A stretch of 64,000 nt of DNA, taken from NCBI GenBank assembly GCA_050273025.1, contig CP158635.1:19468001-19532000 (forward strand), written 5' to 3'. A model generated the notes under the pieces. The model was not told the origin of the DNA, did not search any database, and saw only the letters and a list, made by a program, of their open reading frames with translations. A program made the position numbers and the translations under genes. Source of the stretch: Cenococcum geophilum (Eukaryota). Below are positions 50,979-64,000 of the stretch, piece by piece. The stretch's first letter is position 1. Every line of letters begins with the position of its first letter.

Positions 50979-53495
50979 TAATATATATACTCTTACAAAT
51001 TAAGTCCGAGTTAAGCCCAAGTTAACGTGCTTCCCTATGTAACGAGATATCCTTCAAGCGAGCCACCTCGATTACCTAATTCTAAGCCACGCTTATTAAA
51101 ATAATATTTTATTAAATCTATTTCTAAAATAAACTATCTATTTATACTATCTATTTAGAAAATTATTTTATTAAATAGAAAGGGAGATATAAATATACTA
51201 TAATTATGTTAGGTAAAACCTAAGTAGATAGTTTTGTAACCGCAAGGTACGGGCGACCCAGCGACTCGCCTGTGAGGCACGTACGCTACACATGCTTAGG
51301 GAAACCCCTTCCTTACCTCGCACATAGACTCCTCTTTTTCCCTTAAGGATTTGTCTATCTATATAATATACCCTAGTATTCTATTATTGGACTCCTTATT
51401 TATATCCTTACCTTATATTTAAATCCTTACTAATCCCCTTAAAAGGATAGTTAGTTTAATTTTCTATAATACCTTTAAAAAGAAGACTAACACCTATACC
51501 TAATAGTAATACGCTAGCAACATAACTTTAAAACGCTTTAGGATCTAGTATAGACAAAACCGCTAGAAGTATACTAGTAGAATTTAAGCTACCTTCCGAA
51601 CCTTAAACTAATTAAATAGATATAAACGCTAAAGACTAGTTTAGCTTATATACCTAGGCTTAAAAGAAGCTTAGTAAGATTACTAGTATTTTACTAAATA
51701 CTACTAATATAAAAAAGCTAGACGAGTTAACTAAGAAAATAACTAACTTATAAAGCATTATTAATTTAATAAAGCCCTCTCGTTGCCTTTTTAGTAAAGA
51801 GTATAAATTATATAGCGAACGTATAAAGTCTTAATACTAAGCCCGTAGCTCTATTATGCCCCTATATTATTCCCTTATAGAAGTTTTTAATAAATTCTTC
51901 TACTATTCCTCTTAGAATATATATATTTGTTTTCTACTTATACTAATCTATTTCTAGGTCCTTAAATTATACCTCTTAAATCCTTTTTATTTAATTACTT
52001 TCTGGTAGCTTATACTCTTAGGTTACTATAATCTTAAGGTAATTATACCTAATTAATCTATTACTGTTTCTATATAGTATTACTTCTAATAGTTTTTTAT
52101 TATTTTATAGCTTAGCTTTCCTACTAAGTACGTTTACTCTTATATTTTCTACACCTTTAGTATACTAAATCTTAAAATAGTATTCCGTAAGTATCTCTGC
52201 CTATTTAACCTATTTTTAATTAAGTTCTTTTATTATTAGGAACCCTATTAGGTTTTTATAATCTGTCTTAACTATAAATAGTTTCTCTATGCCTTATAAG
52301 AATGCTATCTATTCCTTAAGTACTATAACTATACCTAATAACTCCTTATTGTAGATATTGTAGTTTAACTTTAGTAGTGTTATTTTTTAACTATAGTATG
52401 TTACTAGATGCTATATATTCCTATACTTCTATAATAAGTATACTCCTAGTATAAAGTTTAATACGTTTATCTCTATAACCGTCTCTAGTCCTAGTTAATA
52501 GATTTTTAAGGATTAGTTCCTAGGTAAACAATTTCTTAAGTTCTTTAAATAATTTTCTTTATCTGTCTTCCTAAACCTATAGTTCCTCTTTCTTTATAAG
52601 CCTAGTAAAGGGTTTAATATTCTTTAACTATTATGCTATAAACCTTCTATAGTAATTATAAACCCCTAAAAATAATCTTAACTATATTATATTTTCTAGT
52701 TTTTACTAACTTACTATAGCTTTAATCTTCTTTAGGTCCACACTAATATAACCTAATTTAATAATAAATTTAATAAAATCTATCTTTCTAGTAAGAGCTT
52801 ATATTTCTTAATTGCTATTAGCATTTATTCTTTTTATAGTCTTTTTAAAACCTATTTAATATATTCTCCGTATTCTTCCTTAGTTATTAAGTAGATAATA
52901 ATAATATTAAGGTATGCTATAATAAACTTATTAAGGTATTCCCCTAATACGCTATTAATCCGCTTCTAAAACATCGCTAGTGCGTTTATAAGTCTAAATT
53001 ATATAACTAATAGCTTATATAGTCCTTCCTTTAACCTAAAGGCTGCCTTTTATTTATTACCTTCCTTAATCCTAATTTAGTAGTACGCCTATCTTAGATC
53101 TATCTTTATAAAGATTTGCGCATTACCTATTTAGTCCTAAATTTTGCTAATTAATAGTAAAGGATACCTATCCTTTTTAGTAATACTATTTAATTATCTA
53201 TAGTTAATATATAGCCTAAGTTTTCCGTTCTTCTTTAGTATAAATAGTACTAAATAACCTACTAATAACTATAATGGTCTAATATATCCCTTTTATAGGG
53301 TTTCTTAGATAAACTCTTTAAGTGCTCTTAACTCTTCTTTAGCTAGCTTATAAATTAGAAAAAACTTTAAACTTATTTCTAGCTCTAATTCTATCTTATA
53401 GTCCTATACTATATACTTTAATAGCTTTTTACTTTCTAGGCTCTATAGCCTTTTACTATACTTATAGTATCTCTTTAGTATATAGGATAACCCCT

Positions 53496-55813
53496 CAATA
53501 CAGCACTAGGACTAGATGGGATTCCAAATAAGGCCCTAAAAACCTGTGGGCCACTTATAGCACCTTGGCTTGCAGATGTAGCCAGAGCATGCTTTGCTAT
53601 AGGCTACTACCCGCGACTTGGAAGATCTATAACGACGGTTATCTTATAAAAAGAAGGTAAAGCAGATTACTCAATCCCAGGAAGCTACCGCCCTATTGCC
53701 TTAGAAAACACCCTTAGCAAGATCTTAGAAAGGGTAATAGCGGAACGCATAGCAGACACGGTAAAGGAACATGCCCTACTACCACAAAGCCAAATAGGGG
53801 CAAGAAAGAACCGCTTAATACTATTAGCACTTACGCTACTCGCTGCCACCATTAAATCTACATAGGCGATGTGAAAGGACTTTATAATATTAATGCTTAG
53901 CCTAGATATCAGTGGTGCCTACGATAATGTACCCTATAAGCGTCTCCTGCATATCCTTAAGGTAAAGGGCTTTCTAGAATGGATTATATAATTTGTCTAA
54001 GGGTTTATAGGCCAGAAAGAAATATTACTGGTCTTCAGCGAATACCAGAGCCCCCCTATTGTAGTTGTAATAGGAATACCATAAGGATTACCCCTCTCGC
54101 CTATACTCTTCCTTTTCTTTATAAGCAACCTACTTAACTCCTTTAAGGAAGGGGCAACCTAGGGGATAGGCTTCGTTAATAATACAAACCTAATTATATA
54201 CGGGCTAACAGCCGCAAAGAATTACAGAACACTAGAGAAAGCCTATAACACTTATATAAAATAGGCAAAACATTATAGAGTTTAATTCTTACTAAAGAAA
54301 TACCAGCTAATCTATTTTATAAGAAAACGCAACCAATCTACAGATCTCTAGCATATAATTCGTATCTAAAGCTTTAAGGGTTAACCAGTTTAGGGCCTAA
54401 GGGTATTAGAAGTATAGGTAAATAGTAAGCTCCGGTAAAGCGTATATACGGCACAAGCGGCCCATAAAGGCTAAGCACAGTTTATCGCTTTATCTAGGAT
54501 TGTTAATTCTATATAGGGTCCATGCTTCTAAAGGTCACGCCTACTATATACAGCAGTCGTCTGGCCAACTATAATATATAAATCCAGTATTTGGGCCATT
54601 AAAGAAACTAAGAAGGGCCCCCCTAAATTACTCCTTAAACTACTTTAAAAGGTCTAAACAGCCTATCTTTAGAGTATTATAGGCGGGTATAAGCGAACGG
54701 CCACAGTACTGCTTAAGAAGGAATCTAATATTCCCCCCCTATAGTTATATATTAAAGCCGCTATAATATAAAGGACGTAAAATAAACGTAACTCTAATAT
54801 TATAAAGTACATTAAGACACGCCTAAGTAAACTATAGAGGGACCCTAGGGTGCCCTATAGGAGAACAAACTAACAACCCTAAAGTAGGGAAGAGATATTA
54901 GAGAAACAGGTAAAAAAAGCAAAAGAAGAATAGTGCTGCTTTAGGGCCTAGGCCTATATAGAGGAGAAAGGGAGACGTATAAGAGGTTAGTAAAGATAAT
55001 AGTAAGATAGAGAAAGGAGCTAAAGTAGAACATGTAAGAACGCTAGGAAACCATCTACCGTAATATAATACTGGTTAGACTAACACTAGAGAGGTAAATG
55101 GGAGTTAAAGGTATAGAGGCTAACTTAGGTAAGACGAACCTAAGCTATAGCATAGTTAATACTATGGGGGGTAAATACCTAAGGGCTTTAAGAAGGCCTA
55201 ATAAAGGCAGAAAACATAATAGTAATACTCTTAAGAATAGGAATAATAGGACTAAAAGATTGGCTTTACTAGGTGGGTGTCCTAATAGATAGCCCGAGAT
55301 GCGAATATAGCTAGCTAAGATAAACACTAAAACATATAATACTGCTATACCCCCTACGCACCAATTAAGAAATAATACTCTTAGTAGCTAGCATAGAGAA
55401 CTATAATACACTGCTCTTAATATAAAAAGGCCTTAAGGCGGTTACCTAGTGGCTTATTAGTTAAAATATACTAAATTAGTTCCAGGTTGCAAGGGAAATA
55501 GTAATAAAAGGTAAAGGGGCGAGCAGTAGGTGCCCCCTAGTAACTCTACAGTAGTAGAGTAATAGTTTGTAATACTAGCGCGTCCGTAGGCTTGTTACGG
55601 CAGCAGTGGTTCCTAAGGGGGTTAAATAGTAAGGTAGTAGAGCACTATAGGCGACTTATAGGCGCTAAGTAGGCGAGTTCTAAAAGGCGGGGAGATAGAT
55701 TACGGGGTTTTCTTATTTTTCTTAAATAGAGTTTTCTCCCTATATATAAATAAGGAGTAGTCCGCATAGGCCTAATAGGGATCCAAATCGGACGTTAAGC
55801 AATGAATTATTAT
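53496..55813 (+). mobile_element. Tad1-like LINE family A, 5'-truncated
   Basis: Colinear with ~26785-29111; (ATT)n tail; TSD tataggataacccct at 53481-53495 and 55814-55828. Confidence 0.93.
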
Positions 55814-56677
55814 TATAGGATAACCCCTTCTTAGTTTCCTTATATATTACTCTAACTTAGTACTATATTAACTTAGTTACTATACACCTTTTATATTATT
55901 AAGTATCTCTAATATTAACCTAACCTATAATCTAGTTAATATTTAGATTATATTTTTATAATTAAGGCATTCCTAGTACTACCTTATCCCGTCCTAATAG
56001 TAGGATATTAAAAGACATTTTAATTTATCTCCCTTTAATAGTTATCTAAATAGGTCTTATTTTAAGGTTAATAATACCTCCTTTATAGGCTATTAGATCT
56101 TTTAAAATTATAACTAATAAATAAGGGTACTCCTTCTATCTATAAGGTAGTCCTATTCATTTAACTGCTACTAGTAAAATATAGTTCCTTATTACTTTAC
56201 TATCTATTAATACTTTAAACTATTAATCTTACTAATTAGCTTATAAATTTAGGTGTTATTCTTAAATTCCTTTAAGGGTCTAAGGCTTTACTACTAGCTC
56301 CCTTTAGTCTTATAGGCCTCTACTTTTCCTAACTATTAGCTACTTAATCCTATTATACTTAGCTTACTCTTTAGCTAATACTTAGTTTACTTTTTATCCT
56401 TAATATACTATAGATATATATTCTCTAGGTATTCCTACTACTATCGTTTATCTAAGCATTCTTCTATAAGGAATCTTTCTAATTAAAGTATTAGATCTTT
56501 TAATCGCTAAACTTTTAATAAATACTATATATATATATACTTAGCATTTTTATACTATTGCTTATATAGCGCCTAATATATTCTTATAAGGTACTTTTAA
56601 TCCTTTTCCTTTAGATTTTTATGTATATTATATATATTATCTATATATACAATCCATATTAATATATAATACGCCAA

Positions 56678-59600
56678 CGTATATCAATATACCTCCCGGT
56701 CCAGACTTAGGAGCTCTTGCTATACCCGGCCCAAAAAAACCAAAACCAACCAAAAGAACCCTAAAAAACACCCAGAGAATCCCCCTAAGATGTATGCATC
56801 ACAGGGGAGGCATACGTCAAACGACGGTGGCTCGCACTCGCGCGCGACCGCTAGAACTACGTCTAGTAATAGCCCTCCACAACAAAGACAGGCGAATACC
56901 ACACTATAAAGCGGAAATACCTCTATTAAAAAGGCATCTAATAAAATATAAAGCCTATTAAACGCGTCTAGTATCTAGAATTATAGGGGAGTAACCGTTA
57001 GCTATAACGAACTAATACAGCTAGTAAAATAGCTCCGCTAGTCCAGCGAACCTTAGGCACCCCTCTAGTAAACCCTTAATTAAATCCTCTAATAGCTAAG
57101 CAAAATTAAAAACAAGTATAACCCCCCTTTACCGGCGAACCGCACCTAGGCCGCTATAGCTACGCTTTTACAATATAGGGAACCTACCCCCCTTAAATTA
57201 ACAACTGGGTATATAATTATAATATAACCAAATATAGAATAAGCAGAGGGGCTTAGGGGATAATTAAAAATAGAAGTCCTTATAGAGATATATAAAGAGG
57301 TCTATAACGCTGTTATAGTCCAACACCTTAAGAGCGGAGACATTAGAGTTACCCTAAAGGACTAATAGGTAAAGGAACGAGCCATAAGGGTAGGGGATAG
57401 GCTAGGAGAACGTATTAGCATAAAAGTACTCTATAAGGATTACCTAGTTAAAGTCCTAGCAGTTCCTATAAGCCTTAAGGTAGAAAAGGGACGCTAAGCG
57501 GACAACATAGCAATTATATAGAAGATAGTAAGACAAACGGAACGCCTTATACTAGAACTCAAAATCACCTAAATCCAATAGCTTTAATAGGAAAATGCAA
57601 ACTAAGTATATAATAAGAATAATAAGAGGATATAAGGGTCGCCAGAGACTCGCTAGGGAGACGCTAAACGAACACATAGCTCCCTTATTATTAGCACACA
57701 TACACTAGGAATATAAAAACTCCTTATCTAAAAAGGAATAATTATAAATAGCCTTATATATAATATAAGGCTCTATAACTATAGACTACGCCTAAAACAA
57801 TGCTATTATTATATATAATAGGGACACACCTAATCTATATACGCAGTATAGGTGTGCTACGGCCACTATACAGGCCCCTATAATACAAGATATTACTTAA
57901 ATTAAAACTAAACAAAATACGCGAACTGCCATTAAAGCACATATAAGGCGTAGGAGAAAGAAGACTGCATTAAATACAGGAGACGAAAGGTAAGGGCTTA
58001 ATAGCTGCGGGAATAACTACACGCTAGGTTATATAAATAGAAATAATAGGTAATAAGCTAGGGGGACATAGGCGCCTTCCTAGCGTTTCCTACCTTTAAC
58101 ACTAAAGGGCTAGGCCAGCTATCCCAAGCCTTAATAGGCTAGAAGCGACGCCGCGCGATATTACCAAACTAATTAGGGATATAAGGGTTACAGGGGATAT
58201 AAGGGAGAGGACGCCCTATAGGAAGACCCCTATAGACAGTAATAGTAGGCTTAAGACTAGGATAATTAAGAATTAGACTTAATACGGTAAATATAATATT
58301 TACAGCCGACCTATAAAGGGCATATAGCCAACTAGTAAGAATAGGGGAAGAACCGGTAATAATAATAGATTTAGATATAGAAGCGCTAATAGGAATATAA
58401 GATATAGAAATAAAAAGCTTTATATAAAATAAGTAGTAACTAGGGTATAGATATAAGAGATAGAAGCTCCAAATATTCTAGAGAAAGTAGAAATAGAAGA
58501 AGTGAGGAATAAAGAAGAGTTAAAGGACCCTTACTAGGGGTCCGCTACCTATCTATTATATAGTATAACTACGGCAATATAAACCACCGCCTTATAAGGC
58601 CCCTACTAGACAGTCTAGACCTAGAGAAACACTATATCCTTACTATACAAGAACCGTATTATAATACCTTTATATAATCAATATACTGCCCCTAAGGATT
58701 CCAGCTCCTATATAAACTAAAAGCAGCTATATGCGTATACTTTATAATTAGCAAGGCTATTAGCCTATCCTTATAGTTATAGCAGGTAGTTAACCTAGAT
58801 ATTATAGTTATAATAATCTAAACATATAGGGGACCGGTATAAATTATTAATGTGTATAACCCTAGGGTTAAAGGGGTCCTATAAACAGAGAATATTATAT
58901 CGGTAATAAGCTTACTAGAAACCGAAGGTATAGAGTCTATCCTACTAGAAGATATAAACCTCCACTACCCGCGGTAGGGGGGTATCCATATTACTGTAGA
59001 TTAACAGTTAGAGTGCCTACTAAGAGCTATAAATATCTAGGGCCTTAAGCTAGCTATCCCCCTAGGAGCAATTATATAGCAACGAGGCACCGCCAAAAAT
59101 ACAATTAACCTTATATTTATAGACAAAGGCCTATACTAGAGACTTAAAAGGTGCAACCCTAAAGAAGAATGGGCACTTACCCTAGACTATATCCCTATCT
59201 AGATATAGCTAGACCTAGATACTAAAGCGCAATTAAATAGAAAAAGATATATAATAAGGAAGCTTAAGATAGACAGTTTCCTTAATACGGTTAAATAACA
59301 ATTCTAAAACCTAGAAGAAATCCACCTAATACTAAATAAGCGAGGCTTATTGGCTACCCCCAAGGAAATTAACTAAAGACTAGAAAGGATCCAGGCAGCA
59401 ATTAAAAATAGGCTAGAAGAGCACTACCCGATCTCAAAACTAGGCCCCTATACGCGACACGCATAGTCTATATAATACGCAGTTCTAGTTACCAGCTAAT
59501 AATAAGTAAGAAGGAAATATATAAGTAGCCACAACTCTAAAAACAAGAAATAATATAAAGATATAAGAAACTAGCTAAAGAATACCCTAAAAAAAGAAGT

Positions 59601-62254
59601 AAGGAATAACTAGAGATAGTTTATAAATAAGCATACTTCTAACCTAAGCCTCCCCTATAATAAGGGCCTTTAGGCTATAGCAAAATAGGTAAAGAAAAAG
59701 GTAGGGCGCCTAATAGAAGACCTATACCTACTACCCCTACAAAGAGTAGGAAAATCATAGGCTATAAATAACAATAATAAGAAGGCAAAGATCCTTATAG
59801 AAAGGTTCTTCCCCTAACCAGCTCTAGTAAACCTTAGTAATATTACGGGCAAAACACTAGTAACTCGCCTACGGGTTAACAGTGATATAATAATAGAGGA
59901 AATAGCTAGAACTATTAGCCGCCTTTTAAATAATACAGTACTAGGACCAGATGGGATTTTAAATAAGGCCCTAAAAACCTATAGGCCACTTATAGTACCT
60001 TAGCTTATAGATATAGCTAGAGCATACTTTGCTATAGGCTACTACCCGCGACTTAGAAGATCTATAATAACGGTTATTTTATAAAAAGAAGGTAAAGCAG
60101 ATTACTTAATTCTAAGAAGCTACCGCCCTATTACCTTAGAAAACACCCTTAGTAAGATTTTAGAAAGGGTAATAGCGGAATATATAGTAGATACGGTAAA
60201 GGAACACGCCCTACTACCATAAAGCTAAATAGGGGTAAGAAAGAACCGCTTAACACTATTAGCACTTACGCTACTTGCTACCACCATTAAATCTACATAG
60301 GCGATGTAAAAGAACTTTATAATATTAATACTTAGCCTAGATATTAGTAATGCCTATAATAATATACCCCATAAGCGTCTCATATATATCTTTAGGGCAA
60401 AGGGCTTCTTAGAATAGATTATATAATTTATCTAAGGGTTTATAGGCTAGAAAGAAATATCACTAGTCTTTAGCGGATACTAGAGCCCCCCTATTATAGT
60501 TATAATAGGAATACTATAAGGATTACCCCTCTTACCTATACTCTTCCTTTTCTTTATAAGCAACCTACTTAACTTCTTTAAGGAAGGGGCGACCTAGGGG
60601 ATAGGCTTCGCTAATAATACAAACCTAATTACATATAGGCTAATAGCTGTAGAGAATTGCAGAACATTAGAGAAAGCCTATAACACTTATATAGAATAGG
60701 CAAAACGTTATAAAGTTCAATTCTTACTAGAGAAATACCAGCTAATCTATTTTATAAGAAAACGCAACTAATCTACAGATCTTTAGCATATAATTCGTAT
60801 TTAAGGCTTTAAGGGTTAACTAGTTTAGGGCCTAAGGGTATTAAAAGTATAGGTAGACAGTAAGCTCCGGTGGAGCGTATATATAGCGTAAGCGGCCTAT
60901 AAAGGCTAAGTATAGTTTATTACTTTATCTAGGATTGTTAATTCTATATAGGGTCCATGCTTTTAGAGGTCACGCCTACTATATATAGTAGTTGTCCGGC
61001 TAACTATAATATATAGATCTAGTATTTAGGCCATTAGAGAAACTAAGAAGGGCCCCCCTAAATTACTCCTTAAACCACTTTAAAAGGTCTAAATAGCCTG
61101 CCTTTAGAGTATTATAGGCGGGTATAAGCGAACGGCCACAGTACTACTTAAGAAGGAATCTAATATTCCCCCCCTATAGTTATATATTAAAGCCGCTATA
61201 ATATAAAGGACGTAAAATAAATATAACTCTAATATTATAAAGTATATTAAGATACGCCTAAGTAAACTATAGAGGGACTTTAGGGTACTCTATAGGAGAA
61301 TAAACTAATAACCCTAAAGTAGGGAAGAGATATTAGAGAAACAGGTAAAGAAAGCAAAAGAAAAATAGTGCCGCTTTAGGGCCTAGGCCTATATAGAGGA
61401 GGAAGGAAGACGTATAAGAGGTTAGTAAAGATAACAGTAAGATAAAAAAAGGAGCTAAAGTAGAACATGTAAGAACGCTAGGAAACTATCTACCGCAATA
61501 TAATACTGGTTAGACTAACGCTAGAGAAGTAAATAGGAGTTAAAGGTATAGAGGCTAACTTAGGCAAGACGAACCTAAGCTATAGCATAGTTAACACTAT
61601 AGGGGGTAAATACCTAAGGGCTCCGAGAAGGCCTAATAAAGGCAGAAAATATAATAGCAACACTTTTAAGAACAGAAATAATAGGACTAAAAGATTGGCT
61701 TTACTGGGTAAGTGTCCTAGTAGGTAGCCTAAGATGCGAATATGGCTGGCTAAGACAGACACCAAAACACGTAATACTGCTATGCCCCCTACGCACCAAT
61801 TAAGAAATAATACTCTTAGTAGCTAGCATAGAGAACTATAATATACTGCTCTTAATATAAAAAGGCCTTAAGGCGGTCACCTAGTGGCTTATTAGTTAAA
61901 ATATGCTAAATTAGTTCTAGGTTATAAGGGAAATAGTAATAGAAGGTAAGGGGGCGAGCAGCAAGTGCCCCCTAGTAACTCTATAGTAGTAGAGTAATAG
62001 TTTATAATACTAGCGCGTCCGTAGGCTTGTTACGGCAGCAGTGGTTCCCAAAAAGGTCAAACAGTAAAGTAGTAGAGCACTATAGGTGACTTATAGGCGC
62101 TAAGTAGGCGAGTCCCAAAAGGCGGGGAGATAGATTATAGGGTTTTCTTATTTTTCTTAAATAGAGTTTTCTCCCTATATATAAATAAGGAGTAGTCCGC
62201 GTAGGCCCAATAGGGATTTAAATCGGACGTTAAGCAATAAATTATTATTATTAT
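56678..62254 (+). mobile_element. Tad1-like LINE family A, full length, RIP-inactivated
   Basis: ORF1, APE (INVYNP, EDINLHYP) and RT; (ATT)n tail; TSD tatataatacgcyaa at 56663-56677 and 62255-62269. Confidence 0.93.
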
Positions 62255-64000
62255 TATATAATACGCTAAATGCTTTAAGTTAACTTTTAGCTTATCTTTA
62301 TTTATAAGTTTAAACCTCTATTTAGCTAATCTAAATACTAATTTATTATTTGCTGGTATTATAATTTACCTCTTACTTCTCTAGTCCTCTAATCTTTCTT
62401 CTAGATTTCTTAATATTATAATTAATGCTCCTTTAATATAACTTATACGTTTTTCTATAATTACTTAGTCTTAAATAACTCTTTCGTCTAGCTATATATA
62501 AAAGTCTTTTTAATTATTATTATATTACTATCTATACTACTTTTAGTACAGCTCCGTAAGCGTATATAACCTATCTATAAGGAAATATCTTATTATTACT
62601 ACGTTGTTATAACCTTTAGTATATTAATCTTTAAATCTAGTTAAAACCTCTAGGTCCTCTTCTTATTCCAGTTCTTTAAGCTACTTTATTTTTAGCATAC
62701 CTACTCTTAGCCTATTAGTAATCTTCTATATAGGTGCTCTAACCTTAAGTCTACCTGGTGTTTTTAACCCTTAGTAGCCTCTTTATTCTTACTACGCTTT
62801 AATTTAATTCCTAAATTCTTTTTAGTTTCTCCTAGTCTATATCTAGCCCTAAGATCCTCTAAATCTATAAACCTTATAATTCTAGTATTAACTATTTAAC
62901 CCTAAGGCTAAACACTTTATTTATCTATTATAGGTGTTTTAACTCCCTTTTAAGTCGTACCCCTACTTTAGTCTATTTAGGTCCTTATGCTCTTATTATT
63001 TCTTATTAAAAGTTTTAGGTTTTACTTACCTTATCTTAAGAATTTTATATTATTAGGAATTGTTATCCTATACTTACTTATATATCATTAAACTAAGCTA
63101 CTACTCTACTCTATTAATTTTTATTTATTATAGGTCCTTAAGCTTATCTTATCCTATCTTAGGAATCTTAAATATCTCTTATCTCTTTTTAAGAATTTTA
63201 AGCCTTTAGCTTTTTGCCTTTATTAAGTACTAAAGTAGTTTACTAACCTACTTCTCTTATATCTTATAAAGTAATAGATAGTATTTCTAATAGAGTCTTA
63301 ATCCCTATTACTAATTCTTCCTCTATAGTGGATTTAACTTCTACTTTTATTATAATATCTCTAAGGTCTATATACTTCTAGTAAGCTACCTTTATTACCT
63401 TATTATCGCTAAATATTTCACCTACGTTAAATTTATTGTCCTTAATATCCAATTTATAAGATAGTTTATTAATTCCTCTAAACTTTAATAATTTTAGCTC
63501 TTATAGCCAATAGCTTGCGCTATACTTAGCGTCTTTATAAATTTGGTATATATTATTATAATAAAACACAAAACTCTTAATTAAACACTCTTTAGTTCCT
63601 TATAGTACACTATTATCCCTTTATACGTGTATATTGTTTATTAGTTTAATTCCCTTTACCGCGTAATTACTCTAACCATCTTTATAATTTTTAGCAAAAT
63701 AACTTTATTTTCCGCAATTTATATAAGCTTCTTTTTTAAACTATTTTTCTTATTATAGAGTCCGCCTAAAAGTTTTCTACTATTAAGATCTCTGGTTTAG
63801 CCTCTACTTTTTAAACCTTTAATTACTTAATCCTTATCCTCTGGGTTTCTATAGTTGTTTACTTTTATACTCTTTAGTACTACTTAGGTCTATTAGCTTT
63901 AGTCCGCCATTTTATAGTTTCTAACTTAGTTAATATATGCTCTACGCCTTATATAACTATAGAACTTTATCTTAACCTTTCTTAGCCTATTTTTGTTGGT

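Larger units (their letters stand above)
51207..64000 (-). mobile_element. Ty3/Gypsy retrotransposon (minus strand), integrase largely deleted, two LINE insertions; runs off the right edge
   Basis: RT/RNase H at 51830-53495 is the reverse complement of a close relative of 25140-29800; upstream pol/gag-like sequence at 55814-56677 and 62255-64000; LTR at 51207-~51430. Confidence 0.8.

Overview
Filamentous ascomycete (Pezizomycotina-type) genomic DNA with a two-compartment structure. Three AT-rich blocks riddled with RIP-like C->T/G->A changes (~1-19.3 kb, ~22.9-43.4 kb, ~51-64 kb) enclose two GC-balanced islands. Island 1 holds one 4-exon small secreted effector-like gene. Island 2 holds a DUF6604-like CaaX protein, a SnoaL-like cyclase and a bZIP + fungal-specific TF-domain regulator. 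Reading through the RIP stop codons, bases 1-17156 appear to be one arm of a giant (>17 kb) Plavaka/CMC-type DNA transposon: transposase at the left edge, CCCTA terminus at 17156. It carries a SNF2 ATPase, a DUF6532-like gene, repeat arrays and tRNA-like cassettes. It also holds two captured host fragments: an intron-containing, truncated copy of an Hrr1/SAD-3-type RNAi/meiotic-silencing helicase, and the 3' end of the SnoaL gene lying 38 kb downstream. The rest is nested TE debris: piggyBac, hAT, Fot1/pogo, Tc1-like MITEs, Ty3/Gypsy and Tad1-like LINEs, most intact insertions with readable TSDs. All family assignments come from manual translation and motif recognition, not database searches.
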